64,000 nucleotides of DNA from Bacteroidia bacterium (lineage in GTDB: Bacteria > Bacteroidota > Bacteroidia > AKYH767-A > OLB10), in contig JAEUTH010000021.1 in NCBI GenBank assembly GCA_016788165.1, positions 153,046-217,045 of the forward strand, given 5' to 3'. The notes beneath the pieces are model-generated. The model did not search any database. It was not told the DNA's origin and worked only from the letters and a program-made list of their open reading frames with translations. Made by a program: the position numbers and the translations under genes. Positions 50,601-58,848 of the stretch are shown in pieces; position 1 is the first letter of the stretch; every line of letters begins with the position of its first letter.

Positions 50601-53104
50601 TTACAGTAACTGATACTTGTGGCATAAAAACAACATCACAACCTGTAACCGTATTTTACTATCCTGAGCCTACTTGTGTTACATCTATTCCTTTTACAGG
50701 CCTGCCCGTTGCAATACCAAATTTTGACACAACAGGTGTAACAGTTACACTAAATGTTAATGGTATTGATGGTACAAACTTAGGTACAGATGTTAATATA
50801 GTTGGTGTTTGTATTAATGGAACGCACCCCAAAGTTGGTGATTTGCGTGCTGTGCTGGTTTCACCGGCAGGTGTTGCCGTTGATTTGATGAACCGTCCGG
50901 GTTTTCCGGGTGTAGCATGTTCGGGCGATGATTTTGATTTTTGCGTAATCAGAGGTATTAATAATTCGAATGAAAATGTTTGTGATATAGTATCGCCTGC
51001 AATTAGCGGTAATTATACTGCCATGGAAGGTTTTAACCTGGATACCATCAACATGGTAGGTGGTAACCCTAACGGGCAATGGCAATTAATTTTGTATGAT
51101 TTAGCCAATGGTAATTTAGGCGATCTGGTATCGGCAAGTTTGCAGTTTGATAAGCAAAACAATGTAAATGCTGTATTTGCAATTTCTCAAAATGGCAATA
51201 CGGTTCAATGTAATTCAGCAAATGCAACCAACACCAATTACAACTGGACATTTAGCGATGGGTTTACGAGTACCGATGCCAACCCTTCGCATAATTTTGC
51301 ATTAACCGGTAGCTATACAATTACCTTAGTTGCAACCGATAGTTGCGGTACAGACTCTACATCACAACAAGTTAGTATTGTAACATACGCTCCTGCTACT
51401 TGCGCTAAGTCGTTCGATTTTACTACTGTAGCAACACCAATAACAGATAATGATGTAACGGGTATAACATTGCCATTAAACATAAATAATGTAGTTGGTC
51501 AGTTAGGTACCGATGTTAGTTTGGTAAGTATTTGTATTAATGGTACACATACCAATGTAGGCGATTTAAAAATGGAGCTTATTGCCCCTAATGGCAAAGT
51601 GGTTCAACTTATTGATCAGCCGGGCTATCCAGCCGGTACAACTGGTTGTACGAGTGATGATTTTAATTTCTGTATCGAACGTGGCATAGGTGCCGATGCC
51701 GAAAATGCATGTAATGCAACAGCACCTGCTATTTCAGGTCCTTATACAGCTATGAACGGTTACAACCTCGATTCGATAAACATTGCAGGTGGTGCCGCCA
51801 ATGGTTTATGGCAACTGGTTGTATATGATTTATTGCCGGGCGAAACTGGTGAGGTCTTAAACGCACAACTTGTATTTGATAATCAACCTCAGGCTAATGC
51901 CAATTTTGCTTCATCCATTAATGCATATACAGTAACATTAACAGCAGCTAACATACCTAATACAACTTATACATGGAGTTTAGGCGATGGTAATACCGCT
52001 TCAGGTAGTAGTGTAATTCATAATTATATTAGTAATGGTGCTTATGTAATAACGCTTACTGCAACCGATTCCTGCGGAAGCGTAAGTACTATTCAAGGTG
52101 TAATAATAAACGAACCTATTACCTGCGAACGTACTTATACCTATGCACCGGTACCTCAAAGCATACCTGATAACGATTCGAACGGTGTTGTATTAAGCTA
52201 TAATTTAAATGGTGTTTCAGGAAATAATTTAGGAGTTGATGTCCGTTTAACAGGTGTTTGTGTTAGTGGTACACACAGTAGGGTAGGCGATGTGGCAATA
52301 AATCTTACGGCACCTAATTTGAAATCAGTTTCGTTAATGGATAGACCCGGTTACCCTGCAACTACTATGGGTTGCGCTACTCCAAACTTTGATTTTTGTA
52401 TTTTAGGTGGCATTGGTTTAGACAATGAAGCAGCTTGTAATGCAACAGCACCGGGCATCAGCGGCAATTTTGTTGCCTTAAATGATAATTTGGATTCGAT
52501 AAATTATTTTGGTGGCAATCCTAATGGAACCTGGTTGTTAAAAGTAACCGATACCAATATAGGCGAAACCGGAAGCATTGATGCATTTACATTGTTATTC
52601 AATGGTCAGCCACCCGTTGCAGATTTTACTTATGTAATTAATGGCTATGACGTAACGTTTACAGGACCAACATTAGCCAATGCAACCTACTCGTGGAACT
52701 TTGGCGATTTGGGTACTTCGAACCTCCAAAATCCTACACACACATATGCAAGTAATGGTTCTTATCAGGTGGTACTTACTGTAACCGATTCGTGCGGTAC
52801 CACATTAAGCATTGCTGTATTGCCAATTACTGTTGGAATTAATGAATTGCAAAGTAATTTGTTGCATGTAGTGCCAAACCCTGCTCACACATTTATTGAT
52901 GTATTGGTTAAAAATTCAAATGCTGAGAATATGGATATAACCATTTCGAATAGTATCGGCCAAGTAGTGTTTGCACAACATATTGACGAAAATAAAAATC
53001 AGTTTACACAACGCATTAATTGTAGCGAGTGGGCTAAAGGTATTTACTACATAAAACTTTTTACGCCTACTGGCATAAAGCAACATAAATTGGTTATTCA
53101 ATAA
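44645..53104 (+). CDS. giant T9SS-secreted repeat protein with 11 tandem [proprotein-convertase P-domain + PKD] modules
   Basis: 2,819 aa with a signal peptide. The P-domain signature recurs 11 times (IGDISIELIAPNG ... VGDVAINLTAPNL). Each is followed by ..INxxGGNPNGxWxLxVxD.. and then a PKD-like WNFGDG..YTVTL.ATDSCG segment. C-terminal T9SS type-A sorting domain. Confidence 0.85.
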   Translation: MKKGYTNLFTVLFMFLCLVTQAQLKDAHTKINATDAQQEVADINAALKNGSNALMALDSIPQCSAVWTYGGGTGVVPDNNSNGLTMNFNINDIAGTNLGTDVNLVGVSITLQHFRIGDISIELIAPNGVKIPLVDRMGYPATLPYGCTGKNINATFLRGTGAEAENVCATPPPALKGVYSADFGFNLDSINLAGGSPNGQWKLKVYDAQAGEIGYVLNWKMYFDQQPPNAVFTTNAIGLFVSLNAQNTLNGNATYIWEFGDGDSAVGQSVTHQYPVRGQYTIKLLVIDACGIDSAKATYSLEPPPCFAEFPSTTTPTPITDNNPAGDTLVINTNQVIGSKLGKDVQLRKVCIQGTHPRVGDLKMKLISPGGVEILFIDRTYYPFQQPYGCLNSDFNYCIIHGDSLDGEFKCDATGAAIKGEFTAMTPQDLRQVNDLVTNPNGAWKLVVYDMAAGQTGVVTNWSLLFDQQDPDADYTYTFSGLTVDITSKNLPAVNYRWDFGDGTPIDTNKSPSHTYATPGTKTITVYTDNVCSRDTLVRNITLYACEEQFVYPSVPVAIPDIDSTGILIPFNITGVDGVNLGVDAFITRVCITSDHIWPGDLKIQLIAPNGKVVPIINQPTRALTLAGCGAPGIDMCIVQGSGNDTRFVCDYVNAPPAIKGFYTANAGYPLESINLAGGNPNGTWYLNVFDYALFKTGNITSWSLYFGKLKPNVDFTYTANDSGLASFTIPNASTNYLWVFDNGDTSTSLTPTHQYPANGIYQVKLIAIDSLCLSDSIVKDVYITSFNRGCVSPFVYQGTAVPIADADSVNGSVLNFNVSGVLGDTLGTNVNLYRVAVKGKHGRVGDLKFKLIAPNGLSTILVDRPGYPTTNEGCLQRDFQFILSNGQGANLETMCNETGLALFGNVLSDKANDLGTINFGGGNPNGIWQLVVYDYKTDWIGQIDGLSLYFDGQPTHADFIYNIKKDTVVFRHAAPLNATTKWSFGDGTFSNNRFPTKIYADTGMYQVQLIVTDTCGMDSITQIVHITEVRPKCVDVRRYVGPKNIPNNNPAGVYINLNLNNVIGNTLGKDVSLVRVRLKGRITKVGDLTAKLIAPNGKAVDLFHRVGHPAKPLGCERDNFDINFVRGFGPGAELICNTVGTALAGTVTAMAGQNLDSINIMGGSPNGNWQLFMSDLSANAFGELDTFELYFDAQGFVNADYNYSQSLTTYTFNSANIAGVQYQWNFGDGTSAAGSTVAHQFAASGTYNVTCYAKDSCRTDSITKIFVVNNYDEPATCKTTLTATNLPLSIPNNVTSGIDVTINATNLSGATLGVDVNLYKVKVIGTHDRVGDLIITLTAPNGRKVTLMDRPGYPNTINGCGGDNFDFNVIRGVNASVENACVPASIPSIAGTFSAEADNLDSINILGGNPNGLWTLNISDNNATVGGGTITGFELLFDKQSTALATFNTSVFANELTATIPVETGVTYTWNFGDGNTATGDSVWHAYAMPGVYTVTLQAADSCGFNQTTQQITAGNYPIEACTKTYLADSLPKAIPDNDTTGVYAYFQLNNVIGNTLGSDVKLTGVCIKGNHTKVGDLKITLIAPNGKSVLLMDRPGFPAVGGCSGNDFNYCVVRGIGNSVENVCNASVPTISGTYTAMQGFNLDSINVAGGSPNGLWTLFVQDVAPANSGGNLTGFNLTFDNQQGVNAAFTYNVAGNGMQFNSPNQPNAIYNWSFGDGQTSTSATPINYYAQSGTYTVVLVATDSCGTDSTTQVVNVFVYPEPTCTRTFTLNSAPVPMPDNIAPGAIIGATLAGIDGTNLGSDVNLTGVCVSGKHTNVGDIRLVLVAPNGATINLMNQPGAPALPKGCSGDDFDVCFIRNTGFYLEDTCRSTIPAIEGTFTASNGFDLQTVNTTGGNPNGLWRLFAADLAPLDTGEITSVTLTFDNQILTNAAFTYSLNNNELQCTSTPSPNATYQWTFGDGSTSTDANPIYTYNTNGFFNITLTVTDTCGIKTTSQPVTVFYYPEPTCVTSIPFTGLPVAIPNFDTTGVTVTLNVNGIDGTNLGTDVNIVGVCINGTHPKVGDLRAVLVSPAGVAVDLMNRPGFPGVACSGDDFDFCVIRGINNSNENVCDIVSPAISGNYTAMEGFNLDTINMVGGNPNGQWQLILYDLANGNLGDLVSASLQFDKQNNVNAVFAISQNGNTVQCNSANATNTNYNWTFSDGFTSTDANPSHNFALTGSYTITLVATDSCGTDSTSQQVSIVTYAPATCAKSFDFTTVATPITDNDVTGITLPLNINNVVGQLGTDVSLVSICINGTHTNVGDLKMELIAPNGKVVQLIDQPGYPAGTTGCTSDDFNFCIERGIGADAENACNATAPAISGPYTAMNGYNLDSINIAGGAANGLWQLVVYDLLPGETGEVLNAQLVFDNQPQANANFASSINAYTVTLTAANIPNTTYTWSLGDGNTASGSSVIHNYISNGAYVITLTATDSCGSVSTIQGVIINEPITCERTYTYAPVPQSIPDNDSNGVVLSYNLNGVSGNNLGVDVRLTGVCVSGTHSRVGDVAINLTAPNLKSVSLMDRPGYPATTMGCATPNFDFCILGGIGLDNEAACNATAPGISGNFVALNDNLDSINYFGGNPNGTWLLKVTDTNIGETGSIDAFTLLFNGQPPVADFTYVINGYDVTFTGPTLANATYSWNFGDLGTSNLQNPTHTYASNGSYQVVLTVTDSCGTTLSIAVLPITVGINELQSNLLHVVPNPAHTFIDVLVKNSNAENMDITISNSIGQVVFAQHIDENKNQFTQRINCSEWAKGIYYIKLFTPTGIKQHKLVIQ

Positions 53105-53110
53105 AAAATA

Positions 53111-53141
53111 AAAGCCCGGGCATACCCCGGGTTTTTATTTT
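53111..53141. terminator. bidirectional rho-independent terminator
   Basis: aaaaataaaaGCCCGGGcatacCCCGGGtttttatttt. GC stem flanked by an A-run and a T-run, sitting between convergent genes. Confidence 0.7.
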
Positions 53142-53168
53142 TAAGCTTGATTAAAAAAGCAACTCCGG

Positions 53169-53798
53169 TTAGTTAGTTTGGGTTGTGTTTTTTGGAGTAG
53201 CTTGCTCTAAATCAAAAAGCACTTTTACATGATAACCAGTAGGTTTATAATAGTTTTGAATAATGCGCGTAATTTGTGCTTCGGCTGCACCTATGTGTTT
53301 TTTATTATTGCTAAGCTGACTGCGCGATTGCTCATATAATTTCTTTTCCATTCGTCTGTAATCGTCAACTTCATGGCTAACAAACAATCCATTTTGATTC
53401 ATTGTTTGTACCTGATTTACTTTTAACTCTAAACTCAGTAATTTGGCAGGTGTAAGGTGTACTGTAAGCATCGTATCAGCCATTTGTGTTATTACACGTG
53501 CATTTTGCATATCAACACCATATTTTGCAACATAAGGAATGCGCACAAATGCAGTTTTTTCAAACAGATATTTATTTAAACTGCCGCTAAATGTATTATC
53601 AAACTGTACTTCAGTTTTAAATTCGCTTCGGCCATTAACCTCCAATGCAGCAAGTTCAGCAATGTTTCTTATAAAATCATAGTTCTCGGTAAATGATTGA
53701 TTTACCTTTTGAGATCCCATTCTTTTTCCAATAAAAAAAGCTGCAATAACCAGTACTAATAGTAAGATGAAAGTTATATACCGAAGATAAGTTTGCAT
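53169..53798 (-). CDS. DUF4230-like membrane-anchored protein
   Basis: 209 aa with a single N-terminal TM. Layout typical of the family, but the assignment is from memory. Confidence 0.35.
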   Translation of the reverse strand: MQTYLRYITFILLLVLVIAAFFIGKRMGSQKVNQSFTENYDFIRNIAELAALEVNGRSEFKTEVQFDNTFSGSLNKYLFEKTAFVRIPYVAKYGVDMQNARVITQMADTMLTVHLTPAKLLSLELKVNQVQTMNQNGLFVSHEVDDYRRMEKKLYEQSRSQLSNNKKHIGAAEAQITRIIQNYYKPTGYHVKVLFDLEQATPKNTTQTN

Positions 53799-54086
53799 AA
53801 TAAGTATTGTTGAGAGATTAAATTCAGACGTTAATAGAAATTTATAAGTGTTTTAGCGCTATTAAATATAATTTTGCCACAATTATAAAAGGATCCGATT
53901 TTAAAAGAAAAATACTGCTTTTCAATATTCAAAATCAGCATATTAATGGGCTCAAACAATCATGTATTAGATTACAAAGTTAGTTCGATAGATTCAGATT
54001 AAATTTTAATCAACTAATTATAAAAGTTACATAATTAAACCTCATAGTTTAAAAATCCAATCGAAAATAATAGCACAATCCAAACC

Positions 54087-54638
54087 ATGACGAATTCAAA
54101 CAATAACCAAATGGAGCTGGCATATCCTATAGGTAAACATCAAATGCATAGCCATTATGAAAGCAAATGGGTTTTACAAGCAATAGAAGATGTAAGTAAG
54201 TTACCATATGATTTACTAATCGCAACCAAAGATTTAAGCCAAAGCCAATTAAGCACAAGCTATAGACCGGGTGGTTGGACACTGCGACAAGTAATACACC
54301 ACCTGGCCGATTCGCACATGAATGCATACTGCCGATTTAAACTGGGTTTAACAGAAACAATCCCATCCATTAAACCATACAATGAAGCGCTATGGGCTAC
54401 TTTACCCGAAAATGAAACCACACCGGTTTTAGTGTCAATACAATTGTTAGAAGCCTTACATTTGCGTTGGGTAAACACATTGTCGGCCATGCATGAAACT
54501 GATTTTAGCCGAAACGTTATTCATCCACAATACATGAAATCTTTTACGCTTTGGCAATTACTTAGTTTGTATCAATGGCATGGCAAGCACCATGTAGCAC
54601 ACATAACACAAACAATAAAAATTAACGGATGGAATTAA
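54087..54638 (+). CDS. DinB/YfiT-family putative metal-dependent hydrolase or thiol transferase
   Basis: 183 aa four-helix-bundle DinB_2 pattern with conserved His residues (HHLADSHMNAY ... HGKHHVAH). Confidence 0.65.
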   Translation: MTNSNNNQMELAYPIGKHQMHSHYESKWVLQAIEDVSKLPYDLLIATKDLSQSQLSTSYRPGGWTLRQVIHHLADSHMNAYCRFKLGLTETIPSIKPYNEALWATLPENETTPVLVSIQLLEALHLRWVNTLSAMHETDFSRNVIHPQYMKSFTLWQLLSLYQWHGKHHVAHITQTIKINGWN

Positions 54639-54656
54639 ATTTTATAAAATCTAAAA

Positions 54657-54854
54657 ATGGAAAAAAGACTAACACGCAAAAATAAAATGCTAATGGGCGT
54701 TTGCGGTGGCATAGCCGATTATTTTAATATGGATGTAGTGGTAGTAAGGCTTATTGCAGTAGGCCTTTTATTACTTGGTGTTGGAAGCCCGGTTATAATT
54801 TACATTATAATGGCCATAGTGGTACCTGACGAAAACCATATAATAAATAATTAA
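54657..54854 (+). CDS. PspC-domain membrane protein
   Basis: 65 aa. LMGVCGGIADYF is the PspC-domain signature and is followed by a TM helix. Confidence 0.7.
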   Translation: MEKRLTRKNKMLMGVCGGIADYFNMDVVVVRLIAVGLLLLGVGSPVIIYIIMAIVVPDENHIINN

Positions 54855-54904
54855 GTTTGATTGAATGAAGGGGGCAGCAAGCGTATTAAATTAATTTTGA
54901 TGAA

Positions 54905-56038
54905 ATGAGTAAGCACGGAAAAATTTTAGTAGCAATGAGTGGGGGCATTGATAGTTCGGTAACGGCCATGTTATTACACGATGCAGGTTATGAAGTTATA
55001 GGTATAACCATGAAAACCTGGGATTATGCCTCATCAGGAACTACCGGTAAAAAAGAAACAGGTTGTTGTAGTTTAGATTCGATAAATGATGCAAGAAGTA
55101 TTGCTGTTGATAAAGGTTTCCCGCATTATATTTTAGACATCAGAAATGAATTTGGCGATTTTGTAATTGATAACTTTGTTTCAGAATACTTAGGTGGTCG
55201 CACGCCAAATCCATGCGTATTATGTAACACACATATTAAATGGGAGGCATTGATTAAAAGAGCCGATATGTTAGATTGTGAATTTATTGCCACCGGGCAT
55301 TATGCGCAAACCAGACAAGAAAACAACAGATACATTGTTAGCAAAGGAGTTGATACTGCCAAAGATCAGAGTTATGTGCTATGGGGCTTGACACAAGAAA
55401 GTTTAGCCCGCACTAAATTCCCTATCGGAGGTTTTAAGAAAACCGAAATCAGGCAAATGGCATTAGATATGGGATTTGAAGAGTTATCGAAAAAAAGTGA
55501 GAGTTATGAAATTTGCTTTGTGCCTGATAACGATTATCGTGCTTTTTTAAAGCACAGAGTGCCCGGTATAGAAACCAAACTGGGTAATGGTAATTTTATT
55601 GATATGGATGGTAAAGTTATGGGTAAGCATAATGGGTATCCGTTTTATACTGTGGGGCAACGCAAAGGGCTTGAAATAGCCTTTGGCCAACCCATGTATG
55701 TTATTAAAATAAATCCAAACGACAACACGGTAGTTTTGGGCCCATACGAAGCTTTGCAAAAACAAACCATGCTGGTACGTGATGTTAATTTAATAAAATT
55801 CGAGTCACTTATTGAACCAGTTGAAGCACTAACAAAAATCAGATATAAAGATCCGGGCACACATGCAACATTAATTCAGCAAGACAACCTGATGCGTGTT
55901 GATTTTCATAAACCTGTAAATGCAGTTGCACCCGGTCAAAGTGCTGTGTTTTATGATGATATGGATGTTATTGGTGGTGGATTTATTGCCCGCGATAATG
56001 CTGTTGAAAAAATTAAACATGCAACTAATCATGCGTAG
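54905..56038 (+). CDS. mnmA: tRNA 2-thiouridine(34) synthase
   Basis: 377 aa with PP-loop SGGIDSS and catalytic Cys residues; MnmA family layout. Confidence 0.9.
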   Translation: MSKHGKILVAMSGGIDSSVTAMLLHDAGYEVIGITMKTWDYASSGTTGKKETGCCSLDSINDARSIAVDKGFPHYILDIRNEFGDFVIDNFVSEYLGGRTPNPCVLCNTHIKWEALIKRADMLDCEFIATGHYAQTRQENNRYIVSKGVDTAKDQSYVLWGLTQESLARTKFPIGGFKKTEIRQMALDMGFEELSKKSESYEICFVPDNDYRAFLKHRVPGIETKLGNGNFIDMDGKVMGKHNGYPFYTVGQRKGLEIAFGQPMYVIKINPNDNTVVLGPYEALQKQTMLVRDVNLIKFESLIEPVEALTKIRYKDPGTHATLIQQDNLMRVDFHKPVNAVAPGQSAVFYDDMDVIGGGFIARDNAVEKIKHATNHA

Positions 56039-56735
56039 TTTTAATAAGCTGCTATTATGTTTAGCAACTATTGCTGCTTTTTTCAATTTTCAGGGTTGTA
56101 CTAAAAGCAATATACCTGCAATTGATTTTGGTTACAACTACTTTCCGGTTAACATTAATCATTACATTATTTACGATGTTGACTCGGTAAACAAAGATGC
56201 GTTTACTGGTTTAGTTACCCACAGTAGTTATCAGATTAAAGAAGTAATTGCAGGTGTTTACAATGATAATGAAGGCAGACCAACGCTTCGCATTGAGCGT
56301 TTTAGAAAAGATACTTCGACTTATATTGATTGGACCATTTTTCAGGTTTGGACAGCAAACCTAACCACAACTACAGCACAACGTTTCGAAGATAATAAGC
56401 GCTATGTTAAGTTGACTTTTCCGGTAAAAGAAAACCGTGTTTGGAATGGAAACAGTATGAATACAGAAGATGCAGAAGACTACACATATCAAAATGTAAA
56501 TCAACCTGAATACTTTAATCAACTTGTTTTTGATAGTGTACTAACTGTTTTACAAGCAGATGATTTATCCAATATAATTTCGCCTAAATACAAGCTCGAA
56601 AAATATGCCAGTGGTGTAGGTTTGGTTTATCGAAAGAAGTTTGAAGTTACCATGCACACCAATCCCATTACAGGCAATCTTGATACGAGTGCATTCGTTG
56701 ATTATACCGAATCCATTTTAAGTTTTGGGAATTAA
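56031..56735 (+). CDS. hypothetical lipoprotein
   Basis: Signal plus lipobox (FNFQGCTKS). Start chosen at Met 56031, overlapping the mnmA stop by 8 nt; the upstream part of the listed ORF is out of frame with respect to mnmA. Confidence 0.45.
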   Translation: MRSFNKLLLCLATIAAFFNFQGCTKSNIPAIDFGYNYFPVNINHYIIYDVDSVNKDAFTGLVTHSSYQIKEVIAGVYNDNEGRPTLRIERFRKDTSTYIDWTIFQVWTANLTTTTAQRFEDNKRYVKLTFPVKENRVWNGNSMNTEDAEDYTYQNVNQPEYFNQLVFDSVLTVLQADDLSNIISPKYKLEKYASGVGLVYRKKFEVTMHTNPITGNLDTSAFVDYTESILSFGN

Positions 56736-58807
56736 TATGCACCTGCATATTTTCTTACAAACCACTCAGTACTAAGCAACGTAATAAGTAAAACAAAAAC
56801 CCATTTTTCATTAACAAGGTCTTTAAGCTCTTTATGCAAGTAACTGGTACTGGTTATTTCGGGCCTGCTTTCAATTAATTTGCTTATCGCGTCTAATGAT
56901 TGCGGATAAACCATAACACCGCCACTGCGTTGCGCAACATTAAGTAACATATTATGGTTGGCAATACTTGAAGTTAACTCTGCTTGTAACGGTGCAACGG
57001 TTAACGAACCATGATATGTGTATTGTTTGGTGCCAATTGAGGCAGTTGATTTTAGTTTATAAGTACCTACCGGAAACAAGCCGGCTTGCAACGTATAAGC
57101 CAAATTGGTTTTACTAAAAGTATAATTATATGTTTTTCCATTACCCGAAATTTCAAGCATTACGTCATTACTGTTTATTAATTCACCAGCTTCATTAACA
57201 AGTTCAGCATCTATAATAATTGCTTCATTATCGTAAACATAATTTTTATGCTTTACTCTGAATGGCGATTTGTTTTCGGCTGTTGCTAAATACTGCACGG
57301 TTTTAAGAATAAATTCATCTGCTAATGTTTTCGAGTTGTTTACTGCAAAGTCTTTTAAACTCCAGCGCCATAAGCCTTCGCCACATAGTATTGCATTTTT
57401 TTTATTTAAGTTACTCAACAATAAAAGAGGCTGATTACTTACCACATTACCTATACGCTGGTTTAATGCAATAACACATTCCGATGTTGGCCTGTAAACG
57501 CCAAAAGGTATGGTTAAGGGTGGCCAGTTTTCAATAGATTCTTGCAAGGCCACACTCCATGTAAAGAGGCCAAAATTTTTATCCATACTGGCTTGTACTG
57601 AATTTGTTTTACCGTTGGAAGCATTAATATTTATACCTGCCTGCACTCCATTTAAGGCAGTTATATCGGTTTGCATGCCAATAATAGTCCACTGTGGTAC
57701 ATCGCTTTTATAAATTTGATCAATCAAATTTTTATGTTTCGCATCAGGCAACTGATGTAATATTATTAAATTGTAACTGGTTACATTTCCTTTAAAATCA
57801 TCAATATAATTTACGCTTACATCATAATTCTGACTACTGCTTAATGCATCTTTAATTGTACGTATATCTGGGTGTGGTGATAGCGCAAGTATCAAAACCT
57901 GTAATTTGCGTTCGAGTACATCAACAAATACATCGGTTTTATTATTTGCTTCGCTAAGTTCGGCAGCAATGCTGCTTAGCTTAATCTTTAAATGCTGTAT
58001 GCCTTTTTCTTTGGCATCAATATAAACAGGTACGTTCAGGTTGAAATTATTGCTATTAATATTTACGTCTTTTGTAAATATCACGTTACTATCCAGCAAA
58101 ACTTCTAAGGTTGTATTTTGTCCGGCACACTGCTTGGCTTCAATCAAAATTTCAATGGGGTAGGTGTTGCCTAAAAATGCTGTTTTATTGTGTTTAACCT
58201 TTGCAAGTATCAAATCTTTTTTTGCTGTGGTATCGCCCATTGCAATGGTATAAAACGGCACTTTTAACTTTTCGCTTGCATATAGCAAGCTGCTTCCCGC
58301 ATTGTAAATACCATCAGTAGCAATAATAACAGCGCCCAGGTTTCTGTTGTCGAAACGGGCTGAAAGGTTTTCGAATAATATACTGTAATCTGTTTGTTTT
58401 TGAGGATAAGAAAAATCAAAACCTGGTTTGGTTTCGCTTCCAAAGTTTAAAGCACGCACATCATAGTTGGAAGAAAGATGTTTTTGAAGATTATTAAGTT
58501 TTTCTGCAAACTCGGTTTTATAAAAGCCTGAGTCTTTACCTAAGGTGATTGATTGCGATGCATCTTGTGCAATAATGATTAGTGGTTTTTCTACGGTGCG
58601 TGTTATGCTCTTTAGCAGTGGCGAGAGTAGTAAAAATGCAAGTATGCTTACAACCATAAACCTTAAAGCCATTAAACTTCTTTTAATGGAGGTTGATAAT
58701 GCGGTTAAATTATCTTTATGATAAAGTAAAAGTGCATATGCTGCACCTAGTAACAAACAAAAAACAATAAACCAAAGTGGCTTTTCGGTAATCAGTTCAA
58801 AATTCAA
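56732..58807 (-). CDS. vWA-domain membrane protein (BatA-like N-terminus, C-terminal TM anchor)
   Basis: 691 aa. Two N-terminal TMs, then a MIDAS-like DASQS motif (IIIAQDASQSITLG), a long middle region, and a final TM (WVFVLLITLLSTEWF). Confidence 0.5.
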   Translation of the reverse strand: MNFELITEKPLWFIVFCLLLGAAYALLLYHKDNLTALSTSIKRSLMALRFMVVSILAFLLLSPLLKSITRTVEKPLIIIAQDASQSITLGKDSGFYKTEFAEKLNNLQKHLSSNYDVRALNFGSETKPGFDFSYPQKQTDYSILFENLSARFDNRNLGAVIIATDGIYNAGSSLLYASEKLKVPFYTIAMGDTTAKKDLILAKVKHNKTAFLGNTYPIEILIEAKQCAGQNTTLEVLLDSNVIFTKDVNINSNNFNLNVPVYIDAKEKGIQHLKIKLSSIAAELSEANNKTDVFVDVLERKLQVLILALSPHPDIRTIKDALSSSQNYDVSVNYIDDFKGNVTSYNLIILHQLPDAKHKNLIDQIYKSDVPQWTIIGMQTDITALNGVQAGININASNGKTNSVQASMDKNFGLFTWSVALQESIENWPPLTIPFGVYRPTSECVIALNQRIGNVVSNQPLLLLSNLNKKNAILCGEGLWRWSLKDFAVNNSKTLADEFILKTVQYLATAENKSPFRVKHKNYVYDNEAIIIDAELVNEAGELINSNDVMLEISGNGKTYNYTFSKTNLAYTLQAGLFPVGTYKLKSTASIGTKQYTYHGSLTVAPLQAELTSSIANHNMLLNVAQRSGGVMVYPQSLDAISKLIESRPEITSTSYLHKELKDLVNEKWVFVLLITLLSTEWFVRKYAGAY

Positions 58808-58848
58808 TTCGCTATGATTTAATGTTACAATCTATTTTCTGATATCGG

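Noticed and set aside
44645-53104. Periodic repeats that could be mistaken for a CRISPR array or recent tandem DNA duplication
   Set aside because: The periodicity is about 650 nt and lies at the protein-module level, with diverged DNA, inside one long ORF. There are no short direct repeats with unique spacers and no cas genes.
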